This document shows, piece by piece, positions 47,746 to 57,670 of a stretch of 64,000 nt of DNA. The notes below the pieces were generated by a model. It searched no databases, had not been told where the DNA came from, and saw only the letters and a program-made list of their open reading frames with translations. How positions within the stretch are numbered: the stretch's first letter is position 1; each line of letters begins with the position of its first letter. The stretch comes from an uncultured archaeon (GTDB lineage Archaea > Thermoplasmatota > Penumbrarchaeia > JASLWR01). Location: NCBI GenBank assembly GCA_964430885.1, contig CAYSHM010000003.1, positions 128,001 through 192,000 on the forward strand. The letters run 5' to 3'. Both the position numbers and the translations under genes were made by a program.

Positions 47746-50700
47746 TCATTCCACTTCTATCCTGCTGCAGATGGGTGCAAAATCAACGTTTATTCTATTC
47801 TCGGTCAAAATACGGATATCAGATATTGACATTGGTGTTATGGATACCTTTTCATTATGAAAGGTGTAAAACAAATAGGCCTTTACTTCCCTATCAGGAT
47901 ATACCTCCCTGACAATGTGGTAATAGATGCTCAGCTGTTTTCGGTACTCCTTTTCGGTGTCCTTATCAATATCAGTCTTATAATCGATTATCTCCACCAG
48001 TTCATCAGTAATATGCAGGAGATCTATTATTCCCTTGAAAATAACTCGCCTTCGCCCTACTGTTGTGGATAGGAAGCATTCCTTTTCCGGCTCCTTTTTT
48101 CCCTTAAGTTTATCGATGAGGTTCTTGACCCTCCACTCATCCACAACTTCAGGATGAACCGCGTGACCATTTGCGTATTTCTCGCCGAACAAATGAACTT
48201 TTGTCCCGAATTCCGGTCCGCGGCCCGATATATCCTTGGACTTATCCCATTCTTTATCATCCATCAAATAATGGCAGCTGACCTTCACAGGTGCAGGTTC
48301 ATCCGGAGGTGAAAAGCCGAATATCTCCAGTTCTTCGGAAGGTATACTGACATCCGAAATAATGGGTTCCACCGTCTGCTTTTCAAGGTTCAGATCCTTG
48401 AAAAATGTTGTTTCCTTACCCTTTTGAGAAGTGAAGAAGAGATGCCTCTCGGCCCTGGTTACCGCAACGTACATAAGCCTCCTCTCCTCGTCGTAGTCCT
48501 TTCCCGCACATTTACTCAGCACATCCCATCGCCAATTATGATAGAAATAGGAATATTTCACTCCCTGAGATAAAAATAAACTCTTCTGCCTGAGCCCCAA
48601 GGGCACCCTGAATTCCATAGGGAAACTTCTTCCTCCGCCTTTCCATGCGTCAGGAATAATCACAACAGGGTATTCCAGACCCTTGGATTTGTGTATGGTC
48701 TGGATCTTGAACACATCATCCCCGGCTCCCGGGTCTACCTCATAGGTTTCCCCCGATTCAATGTTGTCCTCAATGAAATTAATAATTTCACCTGTATTCA
48801 TAAAAGAGGATTCAAAACTGGTCTTGAGGACTTCAATTATCTTCTCAGTATAACCGTCGTTCAATCCATATCTGTCGAATACCTTGAAAGCTACCGAGCC
48901 CAAGCTAAAGGCGCTTTTTCCATAATATCTAGATTTATTAACCGCTTCAATCCCATCGGGACCATCATCTTTATCATCACTATTATCGTCGCCATCACCA
49001 TCATTTTTCCAATCATTGCCCACTTCGGCCCGCAGTTCATTCAGAAACCGAAGCATGTTTTTTGGATATCTTACATCCTCATTCTGAAAGATATATCTGA
49101 TCTCGGGAAAGGTATAACCTGCCTCATCAAGCACCAATGACCAAGCTCTTTTTGAAGAGGGATCTTTCAGCAATCTGAGCCAGGCCAGAAGAATCAAGGC
49201 GGGTTTGGTCCTGAAAAGCTCCACTCCTCCCTCATAGACTGCTGGTATGCCGTAGGCCCTTGCACTGTTAAGGAGCTCAAGGCCCACCCTTCTCTTTCTG
49301 ACAAGTACAGCGATGTCACCCAATCTGACCCTTCTATTGCCGCCGCCTTCCCTGACAAAGCAGTCGGGATATACCCCCAGATGAATATTATTATCACCTG
49401 CATCAGCTGAATCATCATTGTTCTGACAGGAGCCTACCAGACCGGTTATAAGACCTAATATGCAGTCATATTGATCATCGGCAACATAGGCCCCAATGAC
49501 CGTGGGAACATTGACATTTACCGCCTTCAAATGAGTAATCTTCTTCCTTACGGTTTCAGTATCAAAATCCTCGTTATTTGAATACTTTAGAAGCAGCGCG
49601 CCCTGGGAAAAATCTATTATTGATTGACTGGACCGGTAATTCTCTGAAAGATATATTTCTTCAATGGGGCAGACCGGATAGTTGATTCTCCTGAAATCAC
49701 TGTTCAATTCGTACTTGTAGTCGTTAAGACGGTTGCCGAATTCAAGGATGTTTTCTACTGAGGCATACTGGAATGCAAATATGCTCTGCTTCCAATCTCC
49801 AACTGCACAGATATTCCCAGTGGATGAAAGGAGCATCGCCAGCTTCAGTTGAATCTCATTCGTATCCTGAAACTCATCTATCATAACATAGCTGAAAGAG
49901 GTGCTGCTTCTGAGCTTATGGTCCTGGCATAGAACGACAAAAGTAAACATCATGATAAAGGCGAAGTTAAGATAGTTGCGGGACAGAGCATATTCTATAT
50001 ACTGGAAATAAACATCGTGGATGAAGGATTTCAGCTGGTCCCGGTTCTCGGTGAAAACCTTAAAAGCCCATTTATCATCTATGGATTTCGTCCCCCTGGC
50101 CCCCCTGAGTTCCTCAATGGACGGAGCACCAGGTATATAATTTCTGGACCCGTAAGAATTCAGAGATTCCCTTAGCTTGGATTGTTTACTGCTTTTTTCA
50201 CCCTGTACCGGAGTGTTCAGCTCTTTGAATATCTTGAAAAAAGCATCGAAATCTCCATCTAGATATTTATCCGAATTGCGATACCAACCTTTTCTTTTGG
50301 GAAAAATGCCTTTGGCACACAAGGAAGTTATTAGATACAACAGGTCAGTATGATCACCCAATATTCGAAAAAAATCATTGTATTCCGGATGTTCGACTAT
50401 GAAGCCCTGCATGAAATTCCTGAACTCACCCTTCTCCATTATGGAATTCTCAAGTATTCTGGTAGAAGAGGATATGTGTTCAGATATACCCAGGTAGAAA
50501 GGAGCGAGGATCCCGTGCTGGCTTAATAAAGAAAAACATAGACTGTGAAATGTGCATATGGGGGCGTCCCTAAGGGAGGACGAGTCCCTTTGGCAAATGG
50601 ATATTATCCTTTCCTTCATGTTCTCGGCAGCATTATTTGTGAAGGTGATGAGAAGTATATCTTCCGGGTCTAGGTCCTTATATCTCAGAAGATTGTCATA

Positions 50701-50814
50701 TCTGAGGGAAATGGTAAATGTCTTTCCGGTTCCCGGACCTGCATCTGCTAGCACAATGCCGTCCATGGCATCTATCAACAGCTGCTGGTTTTCATTGGCC
50801 TTCGGTTCACCCAT
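47746..50814 (-). CDS. UvrD/SF1A helicase with C-terminal RecB-type PD-(D/E)xK nuclease (AddA/AdnB-like)
   Basis: AGPGTGKT, TFTNNAA, TFHS, DEFQD, GDWKQSIF, NYRS, TIHKSKGLEY, EERRLMYVAVTRA; nuclease GIIDLL...IIDYKTD...QLSIY. Confidence 0.93.
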   Translation of the reverse strand: MGEPKANENQQLLIDAMDGIVLADAGPGTGKTFTISLRYDNLLRYKDLDPEDILLITFTNNAAENMKERIISICQRDSSSLRDAPICTFHSLCFSLLSQHGILAPFYLGISEHISSSTRILENSIMEKGEFRNFMQGFIVEHPEYNDFFRILGDHTDLLYLITSLCAKGIFPKRKGWYRNSDKYLDGDFDAFFKIFKELNTPVQGEKSSKQSKLRESLNSYGSRNYIPGAPSIEELRGARGTKSIDDKWAFKVFTENRDQLKSFIHDVYFQYIEYALSRNYLNFAFIMMFTFVVLCQDHKLRSSTSFSYVMIDEFQDTNEIQLKLAMLLSSTGNICAVGDWKQSIFAFQYASVENILEFGNRLNDYKYELNSDFRRINYPVCPIEEIYLSENYRSSQSIIDFSQGALLLKYSNNEDFDTETVRKKITHLKAVNVNVPTVIGAYVADDQYDCILGLITGLVGSCQNNDDSADAGDNNIHLGVYPDCFVREGGGNRRVRLGDIAVLVRKRRVGLELLNSARAYGIPAVYEGGVELFRTKPALILLAWLRLLKDPSSKRAWSLVLDEAGYTFPEIRYIFQNEDVRYPKNMLRFLNELRAEVGNDWKNDGDGDDNSDDKDDGPDGIEAVNKSRYYGKSAFSLGSVAFKVFDRYGLNDGYTEKIIEVLKTSFESSFMNTGEIINFIEDNIESGETYEVDPGAGDDVFKIQTIHKSKGLEYPVVIIPDAWKGGGRSFPMEFRVPLGLRQKSLFLSQGVKYSYFYHNWRWDVLSKCAGKDYDEERRLMYVAVTRAERHLFFTSQKGKETTFFKDLNLEKQTVEPIISDVSIPSEELEIFGFSPPDEPAPVKVSCHYLMDDKEWDKSKDISGRGPEFGTKVHLFGEKYANGHAVHPEVVDEWRVKNLIDKLKGKKEPEKECFLSTTVGRRRVIFKGIIDLLHITDELVEIIDYKTDIDKDTEKEYRKQLSIYYHIVREVYPDREVKAYLFYTFHNEKVSITPMSISDIRILTENRINVDFAPICSRIEVE

Positions 50815-53413
50815 ATCTTATCACCAGGTCCTTGTTCTCGATCTCGTCCAGATCAACTGCTCCCACTGGGAAGCCTTCCGCCATATATCTGTTCAACATC
50901 TCCAATTGCTCTTTCAGAAAGGCATCGAAGGCATTGAGATCTTCAACAAATAGATGCGCATTCCTGAAACGAAGCAGGAACTTCAGAACACTGTAGCTGG
51001 AATTTCTTACCTTCTTCGTATCCCCTGCCATGTCCACACAGAAATTCTCAAAAGCCTTGGTTATTACATGACATGAGAGTTCTTCCTCACCGCAATCTGG
51101 CATGGAGTTCTGTGAAAAAAAGGTATTGTAACCTTCAAAACCCAGCTTGTCCAGAAGCTCCCTGCGGGCTTTTGAGCTTTTGAGCCATTCAAATACATCC
51201 CGTTCTGGCACCACTTGGTGAAAGTTAAAGGGAAAATATTTGACACTGATGAGATTATCCTTCATATCGCCACCGCCCGCTAGTGATCCATCTATGTTCT
51301 CCAGGAGATGGCAGAATGTAAATTTCAACAGCCTTCCGGGATAGATGCTGCGGAGATGGGATAGATACATTCGAATCTGAAAATCCGGTTTTTTTGATAT
51401 CGCCACCACATCCGAACCTCTTATTATCTCTCCTATGCTCTTCTTCCTTCCTGTTTTATAGTCCACTATCCATTGAGATGACGGGATAAGATCTACCTTC
51501 CCGTTGGAACCCAGCCCCCTATTGTAAAAATTCATCTCAGTAAAATTCGAATGCACAGCTTTATTGAAATGCTTCGAAAATGTGTTGGTTTGGGCCCTTT
51601 TTTCAAATCCCTTCACAGAAACTCCGGACAGATCCAAATTGGTGTCTATGAAAGTTATCAGGTTCTCAACAGCCACGGTGAACTGGGTACGGTATTGGGA
51701 CAGGGTCAGGCGGTCGACATATGGCTCCATGAGATTGACCATGATATCTATGAACTCATCAGGACCCATTTCCTTAACAAAATGGGGGAAATTGAGATAA
51801 AACTCAGCAAAATCATGAAGGAGGTTCCCTCTCTGAAAGTATAGCTTATCCTCCCCTTCGACCAATCTGGAGAAGAAGTAATCTTTGGGGCTGAAGGCAA
51901 GAACATTCAATCCGGATTGACTTAGGGTCTTAACAGGATAAGTAGTGCTGGTGACATCGTATTGTTCCTTTTTAAATACTGGCCTGTTCCCGCAGGCATT
52001 CTTTTTGGATCGAATTTTATACTTGACGCTTTCCAGTTCGGAGAAGCTCTTGAATGAGTCGCTTGTAAATTCCGAGAAATAATGACACGGCACTATTCTC
52101 TCACCCATGTAACTATCTTTTACCATATATTGCTGTGAAGCTCCGTTCTGCAGGAGTAACTGAAAATTTCTCAGATTCCTATTATCTCTCTCTTTCTTAT
52201 CCACCCAGGGCCGGTTGTCCGCTCTTGGAGTCCAGGAGGAATCCATACCCATGTAGAAAATTAGAGGCCGGTCTATAAAGCCTGAAGTATTGGGAGAAGC
52301 AAGAAGAACCCCTCTGCTGGGCTTGTCACGGGACTGCTCATATGCATTCAGATAGAACTCAATACTATCAAGATTCCTTTTGGATGTGATCTCATTCAGG
52401 AACCCGATCTCTTCTATTACAGCTCTCAATTCGCCCATGTAAACATCCAGCCACTCCTCGAACTCCTCCAGTGCTTCATGGAAGGTCATTTCATTCATGG
52501 TGGACAGCTTGTTCTTGATATCATCCAGATCCGCCAGGTCCAGAGGCGATACAAACATTGATCTGTGGGTTCGGGGCAAAGCTTTTCCCAAATGCAGAAG
52601 TATGGGGGAAACCTCTTTTACCCTTATACCCCGCCTTCCAGCTAGACGCAGTAATGCCAGGAATGTCCGGAGATCCTCCAGATCCGCCAACTTCTCTTTT
52701 CTCATTATTGGCACGTTCCTAGCTCGTAGGGCCGATTCCACAAGATGCATATATCGGCTTCCCTCCTTTGCCACCACTGCGGCATCCGAAGTAATGCATT
52801 CGGTCAAGCTTCCGACCACCGCCTGTACAATATCTCGGGTAGTTCCGAATATCCCGAAAGGCGGAAGTTCAATCCATTCATCCTCGAATAGAGTGACCTT
52901 CTCGAAATTATCAGGCAAAATGAGTTTATCCAATTCCTGGAACTGTTCCAGACCAATAACTGCCACACTCTTACCTTCAGGCAAGCGGGACATCATCATC
53001 ACACTGTATTGATTAGCAGCGGACATCATCAAATCCAATATCTTGGCACTAATCGGAGTATTATACTCATTATAATGCAGGATACTGCGGGGATCACCTG
53101 TCTCCCTCCAGCAGCTGATGATGTTTTCCATGAGATATGATGCCATCTTCCAGTGTATCTTTTCAGAATTGATTATTCGGAGAAAAAGCGCCCTGTCAGA
53201 CTCAAGCTTCTCCATGTGATAATTACCCAGTGCCCAGCGTTTTGGGGTTGTGGCAAAATATCCCAATCGTGCACCTCCCCATCTTACACAAAGGGCATCA
53301 TTTAGAGGCGCATCCACCGATAAAACAATATCAAAATCCTTTACCCTTTCGTATATGGATTCAATGGAACGTGCTTTCCTCATCTTCAGTGGGATGAACT
53401 GCTTTTCGGCCAT
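50807..53413 (-). CDS. AddB/AdnA-like protein: degenerate helicase-like N-terminus plus PD-(D/E)xK nuclease
   Basis: LSQSGLN...GNLLHDFAE...GKVDL...IVDYKTG...QIRMY; no Walker A; overlaps the helicase gene by 8 bp. Confidence 0.85.
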   Translation of the reverse strand: MAEKQFIPLKMRKARSIESIYERVKDFDIVLSVDAPLNDALCVRWGGARLGYFATTPKRWALGNYHMEKLESDRALFLRIINSEKIHWKMASYLMENIISCWRETGDPRSILHYNEYNTPISAKILDLMMSAANQYSVMMMSRLPEGKSVAVIGLEQFQELDKLILPDNFEKVTLFEDEWIELPPFGIFGTTRDIVQAVVGSLTECITSDAAVVAKEGSRYMHLVESALRARNVPIMRKEKLADLEDLRTFLALLRLAGRRGIRVKEVSPILLHLGKALPRTHRSMFVSPLDLADLDDIKNKLSTMNEMTFHEALEEFEEWLDVYMGELRAVIEEIGFLNEITSKRNLDSIEFYLNAYEQSRDKPSRGVLLASPNTSGFIDRPLIFYMGMDSSWTPRADNRPWVDKKERDNRNLRNFQLLLQNGASQQYMVKDSYMGERIVPCHYFSEFTSDSFKSFSELESVKYKIRSKKNACGNRPVFKKEQYDVTSTTYPVKTLSQSGLNVLAFSPKDYFFSRLVEGEDKLYFQRGNLLHDFAEFYLNFPHFVKEMGPDEFIDIMVNLMEPYVDRLTLSQYRTQFTVAVENLITFIDTNLDLSGVSVKGFEKRAQTNTFSKHFNKAVHSNFTEMNFYNRGLGSNGKVDLIPSSQWIVDYKTGRKKSIGEIIRGSDVVAISKKPDFQIRMYLSHLRSIYPGRLLKFTFCHLLENIDGSLAGGGDMKDNLISVKYFPFNFHQVVPERDVFEWLKSSKARRELLDKLGFEGYNTFFSQNSMPDCGEEELSCHVITKAFENFCVDMAGDTKKVRNSSYSVLKFLLRFRNAHLFVEDLNAFDAFLKEQLEMLNRYMAEGFPVGAVDLDEIENKDLVIRYG

Positions 53414-53474
53414 AGGAACATCATTTTAGATTGGATTAATATTGAGCACTATAAGCAAGAATTAGGTAATCAGC

Positions 53475-54260
53475 CTATAGACCCACTTTTTCAATAAGCT
53501 CTTTTCGGAATAACTCTATCTTTGGACTCACGCCTCTTTTAACTTCAGCATACTTGTGGAAATTGAGAATATTCACACCCTTGACCTGGAAATCCACCAT
53601 TATATCCGGCAGATTGGCAGGATCTTTCCATACCGCAGATTCCATGAGCATTTCAAAGGAATGGAGAAGACATTCTATCACACTGGGGTCCCTATCCTTG
53701 ACAGGAGGTTTCTCGGTATGAAGGACATTTACTCCAATGAGAACATCACAATGATCCCTGATAATATCGTATGGCACCGGGTCGAAAAGGCCTCCGTCCA
53801 CATATACCGCGCCTTCGATTTTGTGAGGGCGGAAAAGCACTGGAATGGATATGCTTGCCCTTACCGCGTCCACAACATCTCCCTTGTCAAATACCACCTG
53901 TCTCCGGTTCCAAAAATCGGTTGCTACGACCTTCAAAGGTATGTCCAGTTCTTCAAAGGAATTAACCTTGATCACCTTTTCAAGCCATTTCCTTATCTTG
54001 TTACCCTTCACAAGTCCGCGGTTCTGATTGAAAGGTATATCCACCAACCTAGTGACTCCCACCAGACTCATGTCCTGGGCCATCTTCTCCATCTCTGTAG
54101 GAGTAACGCCTGAAGCATATATCGCACCAACCAGCGACCCCATGCTTGACCCTGATATAATATAGGGTTTGATGCCTAGATCCTCAAATACCTTAAGAAC
54201 CGATATGTGAGCCAATCCTTTAGCTCCTCCGCTGCCCAATGCTAGACCAATTCTTTTGAT
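53475..54260 (-). CDS. Patatin-like phospholipase (RssA/NTE family)
   Basis: KRIGLALGSGGAKG, GSSMGS (catalytic Ser), DGG (catalytic Asp). The probable start is the non-canonical ATC at 54260. Confidence 0.9.
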   Translation of the reverse strand: MKRIGLALGSGGAKGLAHISVLKVFEDLGIKPYIISGSSMGSLVGAIYASGVTPTEMEKMAQDMSLVGVTRLVDIPFNQNRGLVKGNKIRKWLEKVIKVNSFEELDIPLKVVATDFWNRRQVVFDKGDVVDAVRASISIPVLFRPHKIEGAVYVDGGLFDPVPYDIIRDHCDVLIGVNVLHTEKPPVKDRDPSVIECLLHSFEMLMESAVWKDPANLPDIMVDFQVKGVNILNFHKYAEVKRGVSPKIELFRKELIEKVGL

Positions 54261-54511
54261 ACTATTACCTCCGAAAAAATATGAAAAACGAGGGATTATT
54301 ATTCCATAATGTTAAGGATATATTTATTATTGATTTATATTTTATGAAAGGGCCGACATGTGTTAAAGGCTTAAACACACCAAAAAATAATGAAAAAACA
54401 TCTAATTTCTTCTGGTATTTACGTAAAAAGCCTATTATAAAGTAACAATCATGACTTTAGACCATCTTCGGCATCTGTATATAGATGCAATAAATAAAAA
54501 GAGAGATCGGA

Positions 54512-55348
54512 ATGGCTAAGGGCTCAAGACGCAGAAAGAACCTTTTCACCAAGATAAAGAAACCTTCCACATTCCGCAAGATGGCTTGCGCCTGGTGGCA
54601 GGACCCTAAGAATCCCCAGATCTACGGCAGCATGGATGTCGAGGCATCAAAATTGACCGCATTTCTCAAGGAATATTCAAAGAAGAATAAAATAAACGTC
54701 ACCTTCACCCATGCAGTTATCAAAGCATCGGCCCTTGCATACCGGAAATATCCCTATCTCAATGTAAAGGTGGAAGGAAAAAAGATGTACCAGCGGAACA
54801 GTATTGATATAATGGTCCTTGTATCCCTGGGGTCAGGAAAAGACCTCTCCGCACTAAAGATAAATTCCGTGGATGAAATGTCCCTGGCGGATATCGCCAA
54901 GAGGATCAGAAAGGATGCGGACAAGGCGAGAAAGGGAAACGTTCCCAAATTCCAGGCGTCGCGGAATATCATGTCTAGGCTGTCTGCCAGAATGGCAACT
55001 CCGGTGATAAGGATCGCAGGTTGGCTGGTTAACAAGATGGGGAGAGATCTCACAAGGTTCGGATTCCCTCAGGATCCCTTCGGTACAGCTATAATATCAT
55101 CTGTGGGAATGTTCGGCGTGGATACCGCCTACGCACCCCTGCTTCCCCTTGCCAAGAGCGGGCTTCTTTTGGTTGTGAACGAAGTCAGGAAAAGACCCTG
55201 GGTTGTGGATGATGAAGTAGTAGTAAGACCGGTCATGAGACTCTGCGGCACCTTTGACCACCGTATATTCAACGGACATCAAGCCAGCAAGATCGCAAAC
55301 GAGTTCAAAAGACTTCTGGGAAAACCGGAACTGCTTCTAGAGCAGTAG
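54512..55348 (+). CDS. Stand-alone 2-oxoacid dehydrogenase E2 acyltransferase catalytic domain (no lipoyl domain)
   Basis: YPYLN, GTAIISSVGMFG, TFDHRIFNG. Confidence 0.85.
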   Translation: MAKGSRRRKNLFTKIKKPSTFRKMACAWWQDPKNPQIYGSMDVEASKLTAFLKEYSKKNKINVTFTHAVIKASALAYRKYPYLNVKVEGKKMYQRNSIDIMVLVSLGSGKDLSALKINSVDEMSLADIAKRIRKDADKARKGNVPKFQASRNIMSRLSARMATPVIRIAGWLVNKMGRDLTRFGFPQDPFGTAIISSVGMFGVDTAYAPLLPLAKSGLLLVVNEVRKRPWVVDDEVVVRPVMRLCGTFDHRIFNGHQASKIANEFKRLLGKPELLLEQ

Positions 55349-55393
55349 AAAAACGGCCTTGAAAGGGCGTGTCAAATAACAATTTTTTCGTTC

Positions 55394-55930
55394 CTATGTG
55401 GGACAAACTTCATCTTCGCATTCCAATTCCCCGTAGGAGAACAAAGTGACGGTGAAAACGTAATTGATGGTATCCCCCCTGTGAGAACCCTGATTGGATA
55501 GGGCCAAGTGACAGAACCACATGGTTTCTTGAAGAGTAGAATTGGCCTCAGCCTCAAATGTAACTGAAAGCATGTCCTCCGACCCAGTAGTTGAAGCCAG
55601 CATTTCCCCGCTGTGGGGGCAGTCTCCCGTACCGGTGGAAAGTTCGATAGTCCTTGAGGGACCGCTGAGGGTTACATTTACCATGACCTTGGTTACATTA
55701 TTGGACATATCCCAATGATGCTTCACATCCGTATCAACAAAATTCGCTCCTATCAAAGGTATCTCAATGCTGCCTGAAGCGCCTTCATTGAGGGATACTG
55801 GAGTTGATTGAAGTGTAAGAGGCAGTTCGGCATTATTATCAATACTGCCTGAGGGCTCCTTGTCACCGATACATCCCATGGAAATGATCCCAATAACGAC
55901 CAATATCGAGATATAGAATGTGGATTTCAT
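55394..55930 (-). CDS. Predicted lipoprotein
   Basis: Lipobox-like ISMGC after a hydrophobic signal; beta-rich body; C-terminal CEDEVCPT. Confidence 0.7.
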   Translation of the reverse strand: MKSTFYISILVVIGIISMGCIGDKEPSGSIDNNAELPLTLQSTPVSLNEGASGSIEIPLIGANFVDTDVKHHWDMSNNVTKVMVNVTLSGPSRTIELSTGTGDCPHSGEMLASTTGSEDMLSVTFEAEANSTLQETMWFCHLALSNQGSHRGDTINYVFTVTLFSYGELECEDEVCPT

Positions 55931-56134
55931 AACTGTGTAATACTTTTCATCAAATAAAGCCTTTTTCGGAATAATTACCCTTGCATCTTCATTTATTGAA
56001 TTAAATCCATCTCTTCATATCATAGGATTCCCTAATAAAAAATGATTTAAGGGAAAAGATTATTTCAACCTATCGCTATCCAGAATTAAATATACTACAT
56101 CCAATTGAATTATTAATTTCGAAGTTGTGATAAA

Positions 56135-57652
56135 TTGTGGTTCTATCTTAAAGGAAGATTGGTACTGAGCAAGAACGCTGATGAGGCCATACCCGGGCTG
56201 GAGGAGATGTTCTCGGAAGTGAACGACGGTCTTTTGGCCAAGGGTGCCTCTGAAGGTGAAGGCGCCAAACTGCTCTCATGGTTGGTTTTGGAAGATACTA
56301 TTGAATTAGAGATTGAAAGTCCCGGAATTGTAAGGCCTCATGATGCCCTCTTGAGGCTGAAGAACCAGATCGGCAAACAGCTCGGCAGGAAATACCGTTT
56401 AGGAGTAAGACAAAGCTTTATAGACGAGTACACCATAGAATTCTCCGTCCCTCACACACCTGAAGAGACCATAGAGATCCCCTTTGCCGAATCTGCGGAG
56501 ATCAAGGACGGAAGGTGCAGACTTATCATCCACAATGTGACCGAGGAGATGATAAAAACCAATTATATAGACCGTATGATCAACCTTACAAAAGAGAAGA
56601 TCGATGCTCAGGATTACCAGGGTAAAGGTGAACACTGGGAGCAGATATGGAGATCCCCGGAAAGGGAATTGGTCTATTCAGCAGATCCCACCGAGGAAAT
56701 GGTGAAAAAAGGATGGATCAAGCAGGGACCTACAAAAGGAAAATGGTTCTTCAGATCAGAGATCACCAAGATAATGAGGACCATGGAAAGGATCGCGATC
56801 GAGGAAGTTCTAGAACCCATGGGTTTTCAGGAGATCGTTGCATCTCACATGGTTCCCTTCGACATCTGGATAAGGACCGGACACATGCAGGGTTCACCCA
56901 ATGAGTTTTACTATGTTTCTGAACCCAAGACCAGGGACGCGGACATTTGGGAAAGATTCATGGACAGGGTCAAGATAACACGGGAAGTGGACCGAGATTC
57001 TTTGGCTGAACTAGTCACAACACCCAAGGCAGGTCTTTGCTATGCCCAATGCCCGGTAATATACTGGTCCCTTCGGGGAGAAACTGTGTCGGAGGAATCA
57101 CTGCCCATTAAGATATACGACAGAACTGCAAACTCATGCAGATACGAATCAGGCGGCAGGCACGGCATGGAAAGGGTGGACGAATTTCATCGTCTGGAAC
57201 CAGTTTACATTGGAACTGAAGAACAGCTAATAGAGATCAAGAATTTGATGATGGAACGCTACAAGCACGTGTTCAACAACATTCTGGAGCTGGAATGGAG
57301 AATGGCCTGGGTCACCCCCTTCTATATGCAGCAGAGTGGTGCCTTCGGAGTTGAGGATGACGAGGAGAAAGTAAAGGGAACAGTGGATTTTGAGAGCTAC
57401 ATGCCCTACAGAGGGAACAGGGAAGAGAGCGAGTGGTTGGAGTTCCAGAATTTTTCCATAGTTGGTGATAAATACACTTCTGCTTTCAATATCAAGGCTC
57501 AGAAGAGCAAGCTATGGTCAGGTTGCTCGGGTATCGGACTGGAGAGGTGGACCGCTGCCTTTTTGGCCCAGTGGGGATTGGATCCTGAGAAATGGCCGGA
57601 AGGTTTCAGAAAGAGATTCGGCGAGATGCCCAAGGGTATCGAGATCCTATAA
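56135..57652 (+). CDS. serS: Serine--tRNA ligase, methanogen type (SerRS2)
   Basis: RPHDALLRLK N-domain; YAQCP, RYESGG, ERVDEFHR and WSGCSGIGLERW, including the Zn-binding Cys/Glu/Cys pattern of methanogen-type SerRS. Confidence 0.93.
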   Translation: MWFYLKGRLVLSKNADEAIPGLEEMFSEVNDGLLAKGASEGEGAKLLSWLVLEDTIELEIESPGIVRPHDALLRLKNQIGKQLGRKYRLGVRQSFIDEYTIEFSVPHTPEETIEIPFAESAEIKDGRCRLIIHNVTEEMIKTNYIDRMINLTKEKIDAQDYQGKGEHWEQIWRSPERELVYSADPTEEMVKKGWIKQGPTKGKWFFRSEITKIMRTMERIAIEEVLEPMGFQEIVASHMVPFDIWIRTGHMQGSPNEFYYVSEPKTRDADIWERFMDRVKITREVDRDSLAELVTTPKAGLCYAQCPVIYWSLRGETVSEESLPIKIYDRTANSCRYESGGRHGMERVDEFHRLEPVYIGTEEQLIEIKNLMMERYKHVFNNILELEWRMAWVTPFYMQQSGAFGVEDDEEKVKGTVDFESYMPYRGNREESEWLEFQNFSIVGDKYTSAFNIKAQKSKLWSGCSGIGLERWTAAFLAQWGLDPEKWPEGFRKRFGEMPKGIEIL

Positions 57653-57670
57653 CAGTGATAACAGGAAAAA

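Noticed and set aside
15213-53413. Defence-island interpretation of the MTase and the helicase-nuclease pair
   Set aside because: They are over 30 kb apart, embedded among housekeeping genes, with no endonuclease, toxin or mobility genes nearby.
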